Assembly: GCA_902604225.1 (NCBI GenBank)
Contig: CACKXV010000003.1
Location: 4,216 to 68,215, forward strand
From: an uncultured Pelagibacteraceae bacterium
Lineage (GTDB): Bacteria; Pseudomonadota; Alphaproteobacteria; Pelagibacterales; AG-422-B15
Direction of reading: 5' to 3'
Length of the DNA stretch: 64,000 nucleotides
Under the pieces are notes generated by a model, which was not told the origin of the DNA, did no database searches, and saw only the letters and a list, made by a program, of their open reading frames with translations. Position numbers and translations under genes: made by a program. Within the stretch, counting starts at the first letter, position 1. Every line of letters starts with the position of its first letter. This document shows, piece by piece, positions 10,156-21,515 of this stretch.

Positions 10156-11334
10156 ATGAATTTTGATTACACAGAAGAACAAACTCTTCTCGAAAATATG
10201 GTTACTTCATTTGTAAGAGATGACTATGACTGGGATACAAGGTGCTCAATTGTTAAAACAGAGGAGGGATGGAAAGAAGAGAATTGGAAGAAGTTTGCTG
10301 AGCTAGGTCTTCTAGGAGTCCCTTTTGAAGAGGATCATGGAGGACTCGGTGGTGAAGCGACTGACATAATGATTGTGATGGAGCAATTTGGAAAAGGCCT
10401 TGTTGTAGAGCCTTACATGCCATCAATAATTCTTGCTGGAGGGCTCATTTCAAAACTTGGATCATCAGATCAAAAAAATTCAATTATCCCCGAAATTATA
10501 TCGGGAGACAGACGTTATGTTTTTGCATACGCGGAACCTCAAAGTAGGTTTGATTTATTTGATGTCAAATGTTCAGCAACTCTTGATGGAGATAAATATA
10601 TTATTAACGGATTTAAGTCCGTAGTCTTTGGTGCTGGTATGGCAACTCATCTAATTATTTCAGCGAGGACTGAAGGAGATCAAAGATCAAAGTCAGGAAT
10701 TACATTATTTCTGGTTGATATAAAATCTGATGGCATCACTTTACAGAATTATCCTACAATAGATGAGTATAGAGCATCGGAAGTTGTTATTGAAAACTTA
10801 AGTGTGTCGAAAGAAAATATTTTAGGTGAGTTGGGCAACTCTTATGAAGCAATTGAAGAACAAGTAGATTTATCCACAATTGCAATATGCTCAGAAGCTG
10901 TTGGTATTTTACAAGTGCTTAAAGACTCAACTAACGATTATTGTAAAAATAGAAAACAATTTGGACAGCCAATTAGTGCAAATCAGGCGATACAGCACCG
11001 CCTTGTCGATATGATGATTGAATATGAACAAGCAAAATCAATCCTTTACATGGCAATTACAGCAGATCTTAGCAATCCAGACGATAGAAGAAAGGCAGCA
11101 TCGGCTGCAAAGGCTCGTATAGGAAAAGCTATAAAATTTGTTGGTGAAAATGCTATTCAATTACACGGTGGCATGGGTGTTGTTGACGAGTATATGATCA
11201 GTCACTTTTTTAAAAGAGCAACAATGATTGGAATTCTTTTTGGCAATGTTGATTTTCACATGAAAAGATACATTGATTTGACTCAATCTAATATTCAGTC
11301 AATAAATGAAGACGATGGAATCAATCTTTCTTAG
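10156..11334 (+). CDS. pimD: acyl-CoA dehydrogenase, PimD-like small subunit
   Basis: GLVVEPY, RKQFGQPI..QAIQHRLVDM, IQLHGGMG, SHFFKR; paired with the pimC-like gene. Confidence 0.78.
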   Translation: MNFDYTEEQTLLENMVTSFVRDDYDWDTRCSIVKTEEGWKEENWKKFAELGLLGVPFEEDHGGLGGEATDIMIVMEQFGKGLVVEPYMPSIILAGGLISKLGSSDQKNSIIPEIISGDRRYVFAYAEPQSRFDLFDVKCSATLDGDKYIINGFKSVVFGAGMATHLIISARTEGDQRSKSGITLFLVDIKSDGITLQNYPTIDEYRASEVVIENLSVSKENILGELGNSYEAIEEQVDLSTIAICSEAVGILQVLKDSTNDYCKNRKQFGQPISANQAIQHRLVDMMIEYEQAKSILYMAITADLSNPDDRRKAASAAKARIGKAIKFVGENAIQLHGGMGVVDEYMISHFFKRATMIGILFGNVDFHMKRYIDLTQSNIQSINEDDGINLS

Positions 11335-11346
11335 ATAACTAATTTT

Positions 11347-12249
11347 CTATTCTGATAGCTTTTTAAATATATGAGCAGTGTGTTCTGCTCCACTTCTAAG
11401 AGCTTTACTATTTGTCATGTCTGAAGCCTTTGACCATTTTTCAGCAAGCATATCAGCATTTAAATTATCCCCTTTAAGAGCAATTCCTTCAGAATGAACT
11501 ATTTCAGCCATCGCAAAAACACCAGCTCCAGCAGAAATCATTACACCATCAGGTGCATCTTCAGAGGCCATGAATATTACCGCAGGAGATACAGATTCAG
11601 GCTTAAGGCTATCAAATACTGCGTCAGGCATTCCAAGATTTTCTGTCATTCTTGTAGCTGCAACAGGTACGAGAGAGTTAACTTTGATGTTATTCTTTTG
11701 ACCTTCAATTCTAAGAGTATTCATTAATCCAACAACTCCCATTTTAGCTGATCCATAATTAGACTGTCCAAAATTACCAAATATTCCTGACGAAGAAGAT
11801 GTCATGACTATTCGACCATATTTTTGCTCAACCATAATTGGCCATACCGCCTTAGTACAATAGACAGACCCCATCATATGTACATCAACAACAAATTCAA
11901 AATCATCCAAAGTTACTTTCGCAAAAGATTTGTCTCTCAAGACACCAGCATTGTTTACGAGAATATCAATTCTTCCATAAGCTGCCATCGCATCATCTAC
12001 AAGTTTTTTTACACCAGCTTTATCAGTTACACTTGATCCATTTGAAATGGCATCACCGCCCATAGTTTTAATTTCATCGACAACCTTATCAGCCGCTTCA
12101 CTTGATCCACCTGATCCATCTACAGCACCACCTAAATCATTAACAATAACTTTTGCACCTCTCTCAGCAAATTGAAGCGCATGGCATCTACCTAATCCAC
12201 CTCCAGCACCTGTGACTATTGCTACTTTATCTTTAAAACTTATTGTCAT
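11347..12249 (-). CDS. SDR oxidoreductase (MFE-2-like 3-hydroxyacyl-CoA dehydrogenase type)
   Basis: TGAGGGLG, VNDLGG, NNAGVLRDKSF, GNFGQSNYGSAK. Confidence 0.9.
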   Translation of the reverse strand: MTISFKDKVAIVTGAGGGLGRCHALQFAERGAKVIVNDLGGAVDGSGGSSEAADKVVDEIKTMGGDAISNGSSVTDKAGVKKLVDDAMAAYGRIDILVNNAGVLRDKSFAKVTLDDFEFVVDVHMMGSVYCTKAVWPIMVEQKYGRIVMTSSSSGIFGNFGQSNYGSAKMGVVGLMNTLRIEGQKNNIKVNSLVPVAATRMTENLGMPDAVFDSLKPESVSPAVIFMASEDAPDGVMISAGAGVFAMAEIVHSEGIALKGDNLNADMLAEKWSKASDMTNSKALRSGAEHTAHIFKKLSE

Positions 12250-12258
12250 TTTTAACTC

Positions 12259-12918
12259 CTATGTGATCAAATCTTTTAATTGAGTAAAATTATTTATCAC
12301 CATATCAGCCTCTTTGTAAATATTTTTATTATCTGTATACCCATACTCAACTAGAACAACAGGCATATTTGCATTGTGTCCTGCATTTAAATCTGTTGCA
12401 CTATCTCCAATCATTATTGAATCAGACTGACTTATTTTGAGGTGATTACAGATTTTAATTAAAGGAAGGGGATCGGGTTTACTTTTAATATAAGTATCTC
12501 CTCCAGCCAAGAAATCAAAGTACTTTAACACATCTAACTTCTCTAAAAGCATAATACTTAATTTTTCCATTTTGTTTGTGCACACTGCCAATTTAATTTC
12601 TTTAGATTTCAGATATTCTAAAACTTCCCTTACATTATTAAAAAGTATACTGTCATCATCAATATTATGCGTATAATGAAGTAAGAATATTTTTAACATT
12701 TCATTTAATTTCGCATCATCGTGTTCAATATTTTTTGAAACAGCAGTTCGTCTTATTAATTCACGCGCGCCATAGCCCACCAGATTTCTTATTTCCTCAA
12801 GCGAAATTGATGGATAATCGAGTTCAGAGAGCATATAGTTTAGAGAATTTTTGAAGTCTGGAGCTGTATCTACAAGCGTGCCATCGAGATCAAAAATAAA
12901 TAATTTTTTGTTTTTCAT
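12259..12918 (-). CDS. gph: phosphoglycolate phosphatase (HAD)
   Basis: FDLDGTLVDT, CTNK, KPDP, IGDS..D; divergent from glmU. Confidence 0.85.
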   Translation of the reverse strand: MKNKKLFIFDLDGTLVDTAPDFKNSLNYMLSELDYPSISLEEIRNLVGYGARELIRRTAVSKNIEHDDAKLNEMLKIFLLHYTHNIDDDSILFNNVREVLEYLKSKEIKLAVCTNKMEKLSIMLLEKLDVLKYFDFLAGGDTYIKSKPDPLPLIKICNHLKISQSDSIMIGDSATDLNAGHNANMPVVLVEYGYTDNKNIYKEADMVINNFTQLKDLIT

Positions 12919-12998
12919 AGTTAAATTAAAGTAAGTCTCTGAAATAAATCTTTACGATACAATTAATAACATATTGTTTATTTTTCACTCAAAATCCA

Positions 12999-14303
12999 AT
13001 GAATAATTTAGAAATCGTAATACTTGGTGCCGGGAAGGGAACTAGAATGAAATCTAGTATGCCAAAAGTATTGCAACTTCTGGGTGGGAAACCCATAATT
13101 GAACATGTTATAGATACTGCACGATCTTTAAAACCAAAGGAAATTCATTTAGTCATAAGTAAAGACATAAAAAATGAATTTGTTCACTTAAGAAATAAAA
13201 TTAATATAATAATACAAAAAAAACAATTAGGAACCGGCGATGCAATCAATGTAGCCATAAAAAGTTTTCAAAAAAATTCTAATATTCTTGTCCTTTATGG
13301 AGATGTTCCACTCACTCATTCATCCACTTTAAAAAAAATAATTAAGTTTAAAAAGAATGAAATCAATATTCTTTGTTTCAATAAAGAAGAGCAAAATAAT
13401 TATGGAAAAGTTGTATTGGGAACCAATGGTTTCATTAATGAGGTAATTGAACAAAAAGAGCTTAAAAGAAAAGAGAACTTCTACCTATGTAATTCTGGTA
13501 TATTTTCAATACACTCATCACTTCTTCAAAAATTAATGCCAAAAATAAATAATAAAAATATGAAGAAAGAATATTATTTAACAGATATCTTCAAAATAGC
13601 ATCAAATAGTGATATCAAAATTAAGTCAGTCATTATATCTGAGAAAGAAGTGCAGGGTATCAATGATAAAAAGGATTTAGCCATGGCAGAAAATGAATTT
13701 CAGGAAAATTTAAGAGCTAAACATCTTAAAGCTGGAGTAACAATGCATGACCCCAACACTGTATATTTATCAGAAGACACAAAAATAGGAAAAGATGTAA
13801 CTATTCACCCTTTTGTTGTCATTGGTAAAAATGTAAAAATCTTAAATGGTGCTGAAATTTATTCTTTTTCACATTTAGAAGACTGTAAGATTGGAAGGAA
13901 AGTTAGCATAGGACCTTACGCTCGTATAAGGCCAGGTACAAAGATTAATGAGCAGGCAAAAATTGGAAATTTTGTTGAAGTTAAGAATTCAACAATTGAT
14001 ACAAATTCAAAAATTAATCATCTTTCTTATGTTGGAGACTCAATAATTGGGAAAAATGTTAATGTTGGAGCAGGAACAATAACATGCAATTACGATGGAA
14101 AAGCAAAATATAAAACAGTCATTAAAGACAATGCCTTTATAGGATCAAATTCATCACTTGTTGCACCATTAGAGGTTGGCAAAAATGCGTATATAGGCTC
14201 TGGCTCAACAATAACAAAGAAAGTTAAACAAGATAGCTTGGCGGTTGAAAGATCTATCCAAATGGAAGTAAAAAATTGGGCTAAGAGGAAAAATAAAAAG
14301 TAA
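12999..14303 (+). CDS. glmU: bifunctional UDP-GlcNAc pyrophosphorylase/acetyltransferase
   Basis: GKGTRMKS..PKVL, EYYLTD, hexapeptide repeats, GNFVEVK, NYDG. Confidence 0.97.
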   Translation: MNNLEIVILGAGKGTRMKSSMPKVLQLLGGKPIIEHVIDTARSLKPKEIHLVISKDIKNEFVHLRNKINIIIQKKQLGTGDAINVAIKSFQKNSNILVLYGDVPLTHSSTLKKIIKFKKNEINILCFNKEEQNNYGKVVLGTNGFINEVIEQKELKRKENFYLCNSGIFSIHSSLLQKLMPKINNKNMKKEYYLTDIFKIASNSDIKIKSVIISEKEVQGINDKKDLAMAENEFQENLRAKHLKAGVTMHDPNTVYLSEDTKIGKDVTIHPFVVIGKNVKILNGAEIYSFSHLEDCKIGRKVSIGPYARIRPGTKINEQAKIGNFVEVKNSTIDTNSKINHLSYVGDSIIGKNVNVGAGTITCNYDGKAKYKTVIKDNAFIGSNSSLVAPLEVGKNAYIGSGSTITKKVKQDSLAVERSIQMEVKNWAKRKNKK

Positions 14304-14307
14304 TTAT

Positions 14308-16131
14308 ATGTGTGGAATAGTAGGTATCACAGCAAATGAATCTGTTTCTTCAAGTATTATAGGAGCTTTGAAAAAACTCGAGTACAGAGGATACGACTCA
14401 GCCGGTATAGCTATTAATACTGAAAGTCAAATTCACCAAAAAAAAGCGAAAGGTAAGCTTGATAACTTAATACTATCCCTCCAAAAAGATGCTTTTGATG
14501 GAAAGGTTGGAATTGGCCACACGAGGTGGGCTACACATGGCGAGCCATCAGAAAGAAATGCCCATCCTCACTCTTCACGAAAGGTTTCACTCGTTCATAA
14601 TGGAATTATTGAAAATGCATCAGAGCTTAAAAGTAGAGCAGAATTAAAAAACTATAACTTTGAGTCCGATACTGACTCTGAAGTTATAACAGCGCTGATT
14701 ACTCATTATCTCAATGAAGGTCATGATCATATGGAGTCAGTTAAACAAACTATATCACTTTTAGAGGGTTCTTATGCGCTAGCTATCATCTTTAGTGACC
14801 TTAAGGATAAAATAATAGGTGCCAGGAATGGAAGTCCTCTGGTAGCGGGAACTGATGGAAACTCCAGCTCATTAGGATCTGATTCAATAGCATTAAGCTC
14901 AATTGCAAAAAAAGTATGTTACTTAGAAGATGGTGACATTGTTGTGCTAAGTCGAGAAAATGTTGAGATCTATAATTCATCGGGAGATAAAGCCAATAGA
15001 GAATTTGTTGATATTGGTATTAAGGATGCAGAAGTTAGCAAGGGTTCATACAACCATTTTATGGAAAAAGAAATTCATGAGCATCCTAAAGCGGTTGGTG
15101 AAACATTCAGACAATTCATTGATCATGATCAGGGTATAATTTCAGTTGATGATATAGGACTAAACTTCAATGATATTTCAAAGGTGCATTTAATTGCCTG
15201 TGGCACAGCATACTACGCTTGCTTGGTTGCAAAATATTATTTTGAGCAATATGCAAGACTACCCGTAGAGTGTGATATGGCATCTGAGTTTAGATACCGC
15301 GATCCTGTTCTTGATAATAAGGCGTTATATATATTGGTTTCACAATCAGGTGAGACAGCTGACACAAAAGCGGCATTAGATTATTGCAAAGACGCCAAGG
15401 TTAGAACACTCAGTATTGTAAACGTTATGAATAGCTCAATTGCAAGAGAGAGTGATTACTGTTTATATACGAAGGCAGGAGCAGAAATTGGTGTAGCTTC
15501 CACAAAGGCATTTACGGCACAATTATCAGTTCTGTTATCAATGGCGCTGCATTGTGGCACCAAAAATAACAATGTTACAATCGAGCGGAATAGAGAGATT
15601 TGTAAAGAAATTATGCAGGCTCCACAAATTCTAGAAAAGACAATAAAAAGATCTTATGAATTAAAAGAAACGGCAAAAGCCATCATAGACTCAAAAGGTG
15701 TAATGTATTTGGGAAGAGGTACAGCTTTTCCCCTGGCACTAGAAGGCGCACTCAAATTTAAAGAAATCTCTTATATACATGCGGAAGGTTATCCAGCTGG
15801 TGAAATGAAACATGGTCCTCTTGCCTTAATCGAAAAGGATCTTCCAGTTGTATGTATTGTCCCGCCAGGACCTTTGTTTCATAAAACAGTATCCAATATT
15901 CAAGAGGTTATTGCTCGAGGTGGCAGAATATTGATGATTACAGACGACGATAGTCTCGAGTCCAGTTCTGAAAATATATGGAAGATCTTTAGATTACCAA
16001 AAACACCAAAATCGATTGAAGCTATTATATATTCTGTTCCAATACATATGTTGGCGTATTACACGGCTGTTGAACTAGGCAATGATGTAGACCAACCCCG
16101 CAACCTTGCAAAATCAGTTACAGTGGAATGA
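14308..16131 (+). CDS. glmS: glutamine-fructose-6-phosphate transaminase
   Basis: MCGIVG, GHTRWATHG, PRNLAKSVTVE. Confidence 0.98.
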   Translation: MCGIVGITANESVSSSIIGALKKLEYRGYDSAGIAINTESQIHQKKAKGKLDNLILSLQKDAFDGKVGIGHTRWATHGEPSERNAHPHSSRKVSLVHNGIIENASELKSRAELKNYNFESDTDSEVITALITHYLNEGHDHMESVKQTISLLEGSYALAIIFSDLKDKIIGARNGSPLVAGTDGNSSSLGSDSIALSSIAKKVCYLEDGDIVVLSRENVEIYNSSGDKANREFVDIGIKDAEVSKGSYNHFMEKEIHEHPKAVGETFRQFIDHDQGIISVDDIGLNFNDISKVHLIACGTAYYACLVAKYYFEQYARLPVECDMASEFRYRDPVLDNKALYILVSQSGETADTKAALDYCKDAKVRTLSIVNVMNSSIARESDYCLYTKAGAEIGVASTKAFTAQLSVLLSMALHCGTKNNNVTIERNREICKEIMQAPQILEKTIKRSYELKETAKAIIDSKGVMYLGRGTAFPLALEGALKFKEISYIHAEGYPAGEMKHGPLALIEKDLPVVCIVPPGPLFHKTVSNIQEVIARGGRILMITDDDSLESSSENIWKIFRLPKTPKSIEAIIYSVPIHMLAYYTAVELGNDVDQPRNLAKSVTVE

Positions 16132-16292
16132 GTTTGGTTAAACATGCGTTGTCATCCTATAAATGTAACTCAAGTTTGTCAGATAATTTTCCAGGTAGTA
16201 AACTTCAGAGAACTATTTCTAATGAAGAAGGCACAATAGGCGACTGGTTAAGAAATAGTGAAGAGGATATAATCAAATTGGCCTATCAATAA
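16128..16292 (+). CDS. putative 54-aa small protein
   Basis: ATGA overlap with the glmS stop; open for 54 codons (MSLVKHALSS...GDWLRNSEEDIIKLAYQ); no family recognised. Confidence 0.4.
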   Translation: MSLVKHALSSYKCNSSLSDNFPGSKLQRTISNEEGTIGDWLRNSEEDIIKLAYQ

Positions 16293-16344
16293 TAGTCTCT
16301 TTTTTATACTATACGTTTTTTAAAATTAAATTAGTATAAGTTCC

Positions 16345-17028
16345 ATGACAGTAACTCTTAAAACAGAAGGTGATGTATCAATCATTCATATGGATGATGG
16401 TAAAGTGAATGTTTTTTCACCAGAGATGATTCAGAATTTTGAAAAAATCATGGATCAAATTCCAACTAATAAGGGATCAGTTTTAATTACAGGAAGACCT
16501 GGCATGTTTTCAGCTGGATTTGATTTAAAGGTTATGATGTCGAGTCCTGAAAATGCTGCCGCTATGGTAAAATCTGGATTCTTAATGTTGAAAAGAGTTT
16601 TCTCATTTCCTCGTCCTGTAGTTGCTGCATGTAGTGGACACGCTATTGCCCTTGGGGCTTTTCTTTTATGCAGCAGTGATTATCGTGTTGGCTGTGAAGG
16701 TGACTTCAAGGTTGGGGCAAATGAATTAAGAAACAATATGATTGTGCCAACACCCATTTTAGAAATTGCAAAATTTAAATTAACAAAATCACACAAGCAA
16801 AGGGCACTTCTTAATGCTGAAATGTATTCAATAAAAGATTCTATTGAACCAGGATATATTGATGAAGTTGCAAGTCCTGAAAGTTTTTATGATGTCGCCC
16901 TAGCTAAAGCTAAAGATTTAGCAACTTTGGCACATCCTCAATATGATCAAACTAAGAAACTTGATCAGGAAGACGTGTTGCCTAAAATTAGCAAAGGTAT
17001 AGAACAAATCACCTCACCTGTTGGGTAA
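16345..17028 (+). CDS. crotonase/enoyl-CoA hydratase family protein
   Basis: MDDGKVN, FSAGFDL, PRPVVAACSGHAIALG. Confidence 0.9.
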   Translation: MTVTLKTEGDVSIIHMDDGKVNVFSPEMIQNFEKIMDQIPTNKGSVLITGRPGMFSAGFDLKVMMSSPENAAAMVKSGFLMLKRVFSFPRPVVAACSGHAIALGAFLLCSSDYRVGCEGDFKVGANELRNNMIVPTPILEIAKFKLTKSHKQRALLNAEMYSIKDSIEPGYIDEVASPESFYDVALAKAKDLATLAHPQYDQTKKLDQEDVLPKISKGIEQITSPVG

Positions 17029-17124
17029 ATCAAATTTATCTAATAAAATCAATATATTTAGCTAAGACTCTAGTAATTTAGATTATTTGGTACTATAAGG
17101 CAGAAAAATATAGAGTTTTTAAAA

Positions 17125-18504
17125 ATGAGTAAATGGACAGTAAATAGTTGGAGAGGATACAAGGCAAAACATATTCCTGAATATCCCGACAAATCAGAGT
17201 TAGAAAAAACCGAAAGCCAACTTAAAACATATCCACCTCTAGTTTTTGCAGGGGAAGCAAGAGATTTAAAAAGACATCTTGCTAGAGTCTCAGAAGGAAA
17301 AGCGTTTCTATTACAAGGTGGAGATTGTGCAGAAAGTTTTGACGACTTCAATGCTGATTACATAAGAGATACTTTTAAAGTTCTTTTACAAATGTCAGTG
17401 ACACTTACAGCAGCAGGTAATTGTCCCGTTGTTAAAGTTGGAAGAATGGCAGGACAATTTGCCAAACCAAGAAGTTCACCTAAAGAAGAAATTGATGGAG
17501 TTGAGTTAGAAAGTTATAAAGGCGATATCATTAATGATATGGAGTTTACAGAGTCTTCAAGAGTGCCTGATCCTCAACGAATGATCAGAGCATACACTCA
17601 ATCAGCAGCAACTCTTAATTTATTAAGAGCTTTTGCAAAGGGTGGTTTTTCTGACCTTAATAAAGTTCACCAATGGAATATGGGTTTTGTTGATGAGAGT
17701 CCTCAAGGAAAAAAATTCAGAGATTTAGCTGACAAAATATCAGATACATTATCTTTTATGGATGCCATAGGTATCTCATCTGGAAATACGAAAAGATTAA
17801 GAAATGTTGATTTTTTTACAAGTCATGAAGCACTCCTTTTGCCATATGAGGAATGTTTAACACGTACAGACAGTACGACTGGTGAAGTGTACGATACATC
17901 CGCTCACATGGTTTGGATAGGTGACAGGACAAGACAACTTGATGGAGCCCACGTAGAATTTTGTAGAGGCATTAAAAACCCTATTGGAATTAAATGTGGT
18001 CCAACTTTAGATCCTGATGAATTAAAGAAATTGATCGATGTATTAAATCCCGAAAATGAAGCTGGTAAAATTACCCTCATTTGTAGATTTGGGGTTGATA
18101 ATGTTGAAGAGAAGTTGCCCAAACTAATTGGACCTTTTGCCAACTCAGATTACAACCTTGTTTGGTCATGCGACCCAATGCACGGTAATACTATGAAAGC
18201 TAATTCTGGCTTTAAGACCAGACCTTTCGAGAGGGTTATTCAAGAAGTTGAGTCATTTTTTGATATTCATCACGCTTTTGGAACATATCCTGGTGGAGTG
18301 CATTTGGAGATGACAGGGCAAAACGTGACTGAGTGCATTGGTGGTGCCCAAGCGATAAAAGATGAAGATTTATCTGCTAGATACCATACTCATTGTGACC
18401 CTAGACTTAACGCAAACCAGGCATTAGAACTTGCCTTCTTAATATCTGACAAGCTCAGAGAATCTCAAGAACCTCACAAGTCAAAAATTATAATTGCCAA
18501 GTAA
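17125..18504 (+). CDS. class II DAHP synthase
   Basis: [43 protein letters not shown]. Confidence 0.96.
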   Translation: MSKWTVNSWRGYKAKHIPEYPDKSELEKTESQLKTYPPLVFAGEARDLKRHLARVSEGKAFLLQGGDCAESFDDFNADYIRDTFKVLLQMSVTLTAAGNCPVVKVGRMAGQFAKPRSSPKEEIDGVELESYKGDIINDMEFTESSRVPDPQRMIRAYTQSAATLNLLRAFAKGGFSDLNKVHQWNMGFVDESPQGKKFRDLADKISDTLSFMDAIGISSGNTKRLRNVDFFTSHEALLLPYEECLTRTDSTTGEVYDTSAHMVWIGDRTRQLDGAHVEFCRGIKNPIGIKCGPTLDPDELKKLIDVLNPENEAGKITLICRFGVDNVEEKLPKLIGPFANSDYNLVWSCDPMHGNTMKANSGFKTRPFERVIQEVESFFDIHHAFGTYPGGVHLEMTGQNVTECIGGAQAIKDEDLSARYHTHCDPRLNANQALELAFLISDKLRESQEPHKSKIIIAK

Positions 18505-18539
18505 TTGCGACTAAATTAATTAGTTGTAATATCAGTCAA

Positions 18540-20186
18540 ATGACAGAAAAAATTTCATTATTAGTAGTTCAATCAAACCCAGTTGTTGGGAATATTGCAT
18601 TCAACAAACAGATCGTTATTGATCACTTACAAAATAATAATTCTGATCTAATTTTATTTTCAGAGCTAATGTTAACTGGTTACCCGCCAGAGGATTTAAT
18701 TTTGAAACCCGCTTTTATGAAAAAAGTTCATGAAGCGGTCGATGAAATTGTCAATCTATCAATAGGGAAGCACTCAACTGTAATACTAGGTACACCTTGG
18801 TTAGATGAAGGTAATTTATTTAATGCTGCAGTAGTCATTCATGATGGAAAGATCTTACATAAACATTACAAGATGGCACTTCCAAACTATGGGGTATTTG
18901 ATGAAAAAAGAATATTTTCTAATGGAGAAAAAGTAAGTGTAATAGACTTTAAAGGTCTTAATTTGGGGATATTTATTTGTGAAGATATTTGGGTAAATCA
19001 AACCATCACTGAAATTGGTGAACAACAAATCGATCTTGCTGTTTCTCTCAATGCGTCTCCTTTTGATATCAATAAAATTAATGAACGAGAAAAGAAAGCA
19101 ATCGAATTTTCAAAATCTATCGCTGCACCTCTCATCTATGTTAATCAAGTAGGAGGTCAGGATGAAATAGTTTTTGATGGAAGTTCATTCCTGAATGATC
19201 AAGATAAAGTTATCTACAAACTTAATCACTGCCAGTCAGAGTCTAAGGAATTCATATTTGATGAAGATCATAAATTTTTAATAGAAGATACGTTCTCTGA
19301 TCAAACTGATATGAATGACGTCATATACTCCAGTTTAATCTTGGGTCTGAGAGATTATGTTGAAAAGAATAATTTTCCAGGCGTTGTATTGGGAATATCA
19401 GGAGGAATTGATAGTGCTTTTAGTGCAGCCGTTGCCACTGATGCACTTGGTCCTTCAAGAGTAAAAGGTATCTTAATGCCCTCAAAATATACAAGTATTG
19501 AGAGCAATACAGATGCATCAGAACTAGGCAACAATTTAGGCATTGAACTAATGAACATACCTATTAATGAAATTGTTAATTCTTACGACAACACACTTAA
19601 TGATCTATTTTCTGGAACAGAAAAAGACATTACTGAGGAAAACATTCAATCGCGAACAAGAGGCGCAATTTTGATGGCCTATTCAAATAAATTTGGCCAC
19701 ATGGTTATCACAAACGGCAATAAATCAGAGGTATCTGTTGGCTATTCGACACTTTATGGAGATATGTGTGGAGGGTTCTCTGTTGTTAAAGATATTTATA
19801 AAACTGATTTATTTAAATTGTCAGAATGGAGAAACAAAAATAAGCCTTCTTTATCACTGCTCGATAAGAATGAGATTATACCAAGCAATATTATCACCAA
19901 GGAACCTACAGCTGAATTAAAAGAAGATCAGAAAGATAGTGATTCACTGCCACCATATGATGTATTGGATAAAGTATTGTACCATCTTGTTGAAAAAGAA
20001 AGTTCAGTTAAAGAGATTGTAGATCAAGGATTTGATAAAGAATTAGTTAAAAGAATTCAAAATCTACTCTACAATTCAGAATATAAAAGAAGACAAGCTG
20101 CACCGGGCGTGAAAATTTCCGAAAGAAATTTTGGTTATGACAGAAGATATCCGATCACGAATGCATTTAGGGATATGGAAAATTAA
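18540..20186 (+). CDS. nadE: glutamine-dependent NAD+ synthetase
   Basis: Nitrilase domain (ELMLTGYPPEDL, ICEDIW) plus SGGIDS, ENIQSR, GYSTLYGD, EYKRRQ. Confidence 0.96.
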   Translation: MTEKISLLVVQSNPVVGNIAFNKQIVIDHLQNNNSDLILFSELMLTGYPPEDLILKPAFMKKVHEAVDEIVNLSIGKHSTVILGTPWLDEGNLFNAAVVIHDGKILHKHYKMALPNYGVFDEKRIFSNGEKVSVIDFKGLNLGIFICEDIWVNQTITEIGEQQIDLAVSLNASPFDINKINEREKKAIEFSKSIAAPLIYVNQVGGQDEIVFDGSSFLNDQDKVIYKLNHCQSESKEFIFDEDHKFLIEDTFSDQTDMNDVIYSSLILGLRDYVEKNNFPGVVLGISGGIDSAFSAAVATDALGPSRVKGILMPSKYTSIESNTDASELGNNLGIELMNIPINEIVNSYDNTLNDLFSGTEKDITEENIQSRTRGAILMAYSNKFGHMVITNGNKSEVSVGYSTLYGDMCGGFSVVKDIYKTDLFKLSEWRNKNKPSLSLLDKNEIIPSNIITKEPTAELKEDQKDSDSLPPYDVLDKVLYHLVEKESSVKEIVDQGFDKELVKRIQNLLYNSEYKRRQAAPGVKISERNFGYDRRYPITNAFRDMEN

Positions 20187-21515
20187 ATGACAACAGTAAC
20201 AAGGTTTGCCCCAAGTCCAACAGGTTTATTACATCTTGGAAACATTAGAACAGCATTAATTAATTGGCTGTATGCACGTACCAACAATGGAAAATTTATT
20301 TTAAGAATTGATGATACTGATTTAGAACGATCAAAAGATGAATATATTTCTCAGATCAAATACGATCTTGATTGGCTGGGGATTGATTATGATGAAACTT
20401 TTAATCAATCATCTCGTTTCGACAGATACAGAGAGCAATTTGAGAAATTAAAAGCCGATGGCAGAATTTACCCTTGCTACGAAACACCCGAAGAACTTGA
20501 GAGAAAAAGAAAATTACTCATCGCAGCAGGTGGCAAGCAAGTGTACGACCGGTCTGCAATGGAATTAACAGACCAACAAAAAAAAGACTACGAAGCACAA
20601 GGAAGAAAACCCCACTGGAGATTCTTATTAAAAACTGAACGTATGAAATGGGATGATTTACTTAAAGGTGAAATAGATATAGACCTCACCAGTTTGTCAG
20701 ATCCTGTTTTGTTTAGAGAGGACGGCGTTCCTTTATATACTTTTAGTTCAGCTGTAGATGATATTGACTACGGTATAACCAACGTAATTAGAGGAGATGA
20801 TCATACGAGCAATACGGCTGTTCAAGTAGAAATTATTAATGCGTTGGATCAAAATAAAATAACCTTTGCTCATCACGCCTTACTAAAAGCATCAAGTGGA
20901 GATAAATTGTCAAAACGAGACAATGTCATATCCATTAGTAGTTTCAGGGAAGCGAATATGGAGCCCATATCAATACTAAGTTTATTGGCGACCATCGGCA
21001 CGTCTAACTCTATCGAATTAAAAGACAATATAGATCAAATAAAAAGTGAATTCAAATTGAGTACAATTTCAACTTCACCTGGTCGAATTGAAATTGATGT
21101 ATTGAATGCTCTCAATAAAAAACAGGTTCAAAAATACAATTTCAGCGAGATCGAAGAGAGATTAAAAAAGATCGATGAAAAAATTGATCAAAAGTTTTGG
21201 GAAACAATCAGAGGTAATCTGAATGTTGTTGAAGATATAAAACAATGGACGGATATTGTATTTAATAGTGAGACCATTAAGCCTTCTGATAAAGACTATA
21301 TTAAGATTGCGATGGAATTGATTCCTGATGATCCATGGAATGATGAAACATGGGGACAATGGACTTCGGCCATAAAAGAAAAAACTGGTAGAAAAGGAAA
21401 AGAATTATTCTTGCCTCTTAGAGAAGCCTTTACAGGACTTAATCATGGTCCCGAAATGAAACTACTAATTCAATTACTGGGCAGAGAAAAAATCATAGAA
21501 AGAGTTGAGTTATAA
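20187..21515 (+). CDS. gltX: glutamate-tRNA ligase
   Basis: RFAPSPTGLLHLGN, IRGDDH, KLSKR. Confidence 0.95.
   Translation: MTTVTRFAPSPTGLLHLGNIRTALINWLYARTNNGKFILRIDDTDLERSKDEYISQIKYDLDWLGIDYDETFNQSSRFDRYREQFEKLKADGRIYPCYETPEELERKRKLLIAAGGKQVYDRSAMELTDQQKKDYEAQGRKPHWRFLLKTERMKWDDLLKGEIDIDLTSLSDPVLFREDGVPLYTFSSAVDDIDYGITNVIRGDDHTSNTAVQVEIINALDQNKITFAHHALLKASSGDKLSKRDNVISISSFREANMEPISILSLLATIGTSNSIELKDNIDQIKSEFKLSTISTSPGRIEIDVLNALNKKQVQKYNFSEIEERLKKIDEKIDQKFWETIRGNLNVVEDIKQWTDIVFNSETIKPSDKDYIKIAMELIPDDPWNDETWGQWTSAIKEKTGRKGKELFLPLREAFTGLNHGPEMKLLIQLLGREKIIERVEL

Noticed and set aside
16095..16345. Tn7 insertion at the glmS attachment site
   Set aside because: No tns genes, no recognisable Tn7 end repeats and no target duplication.
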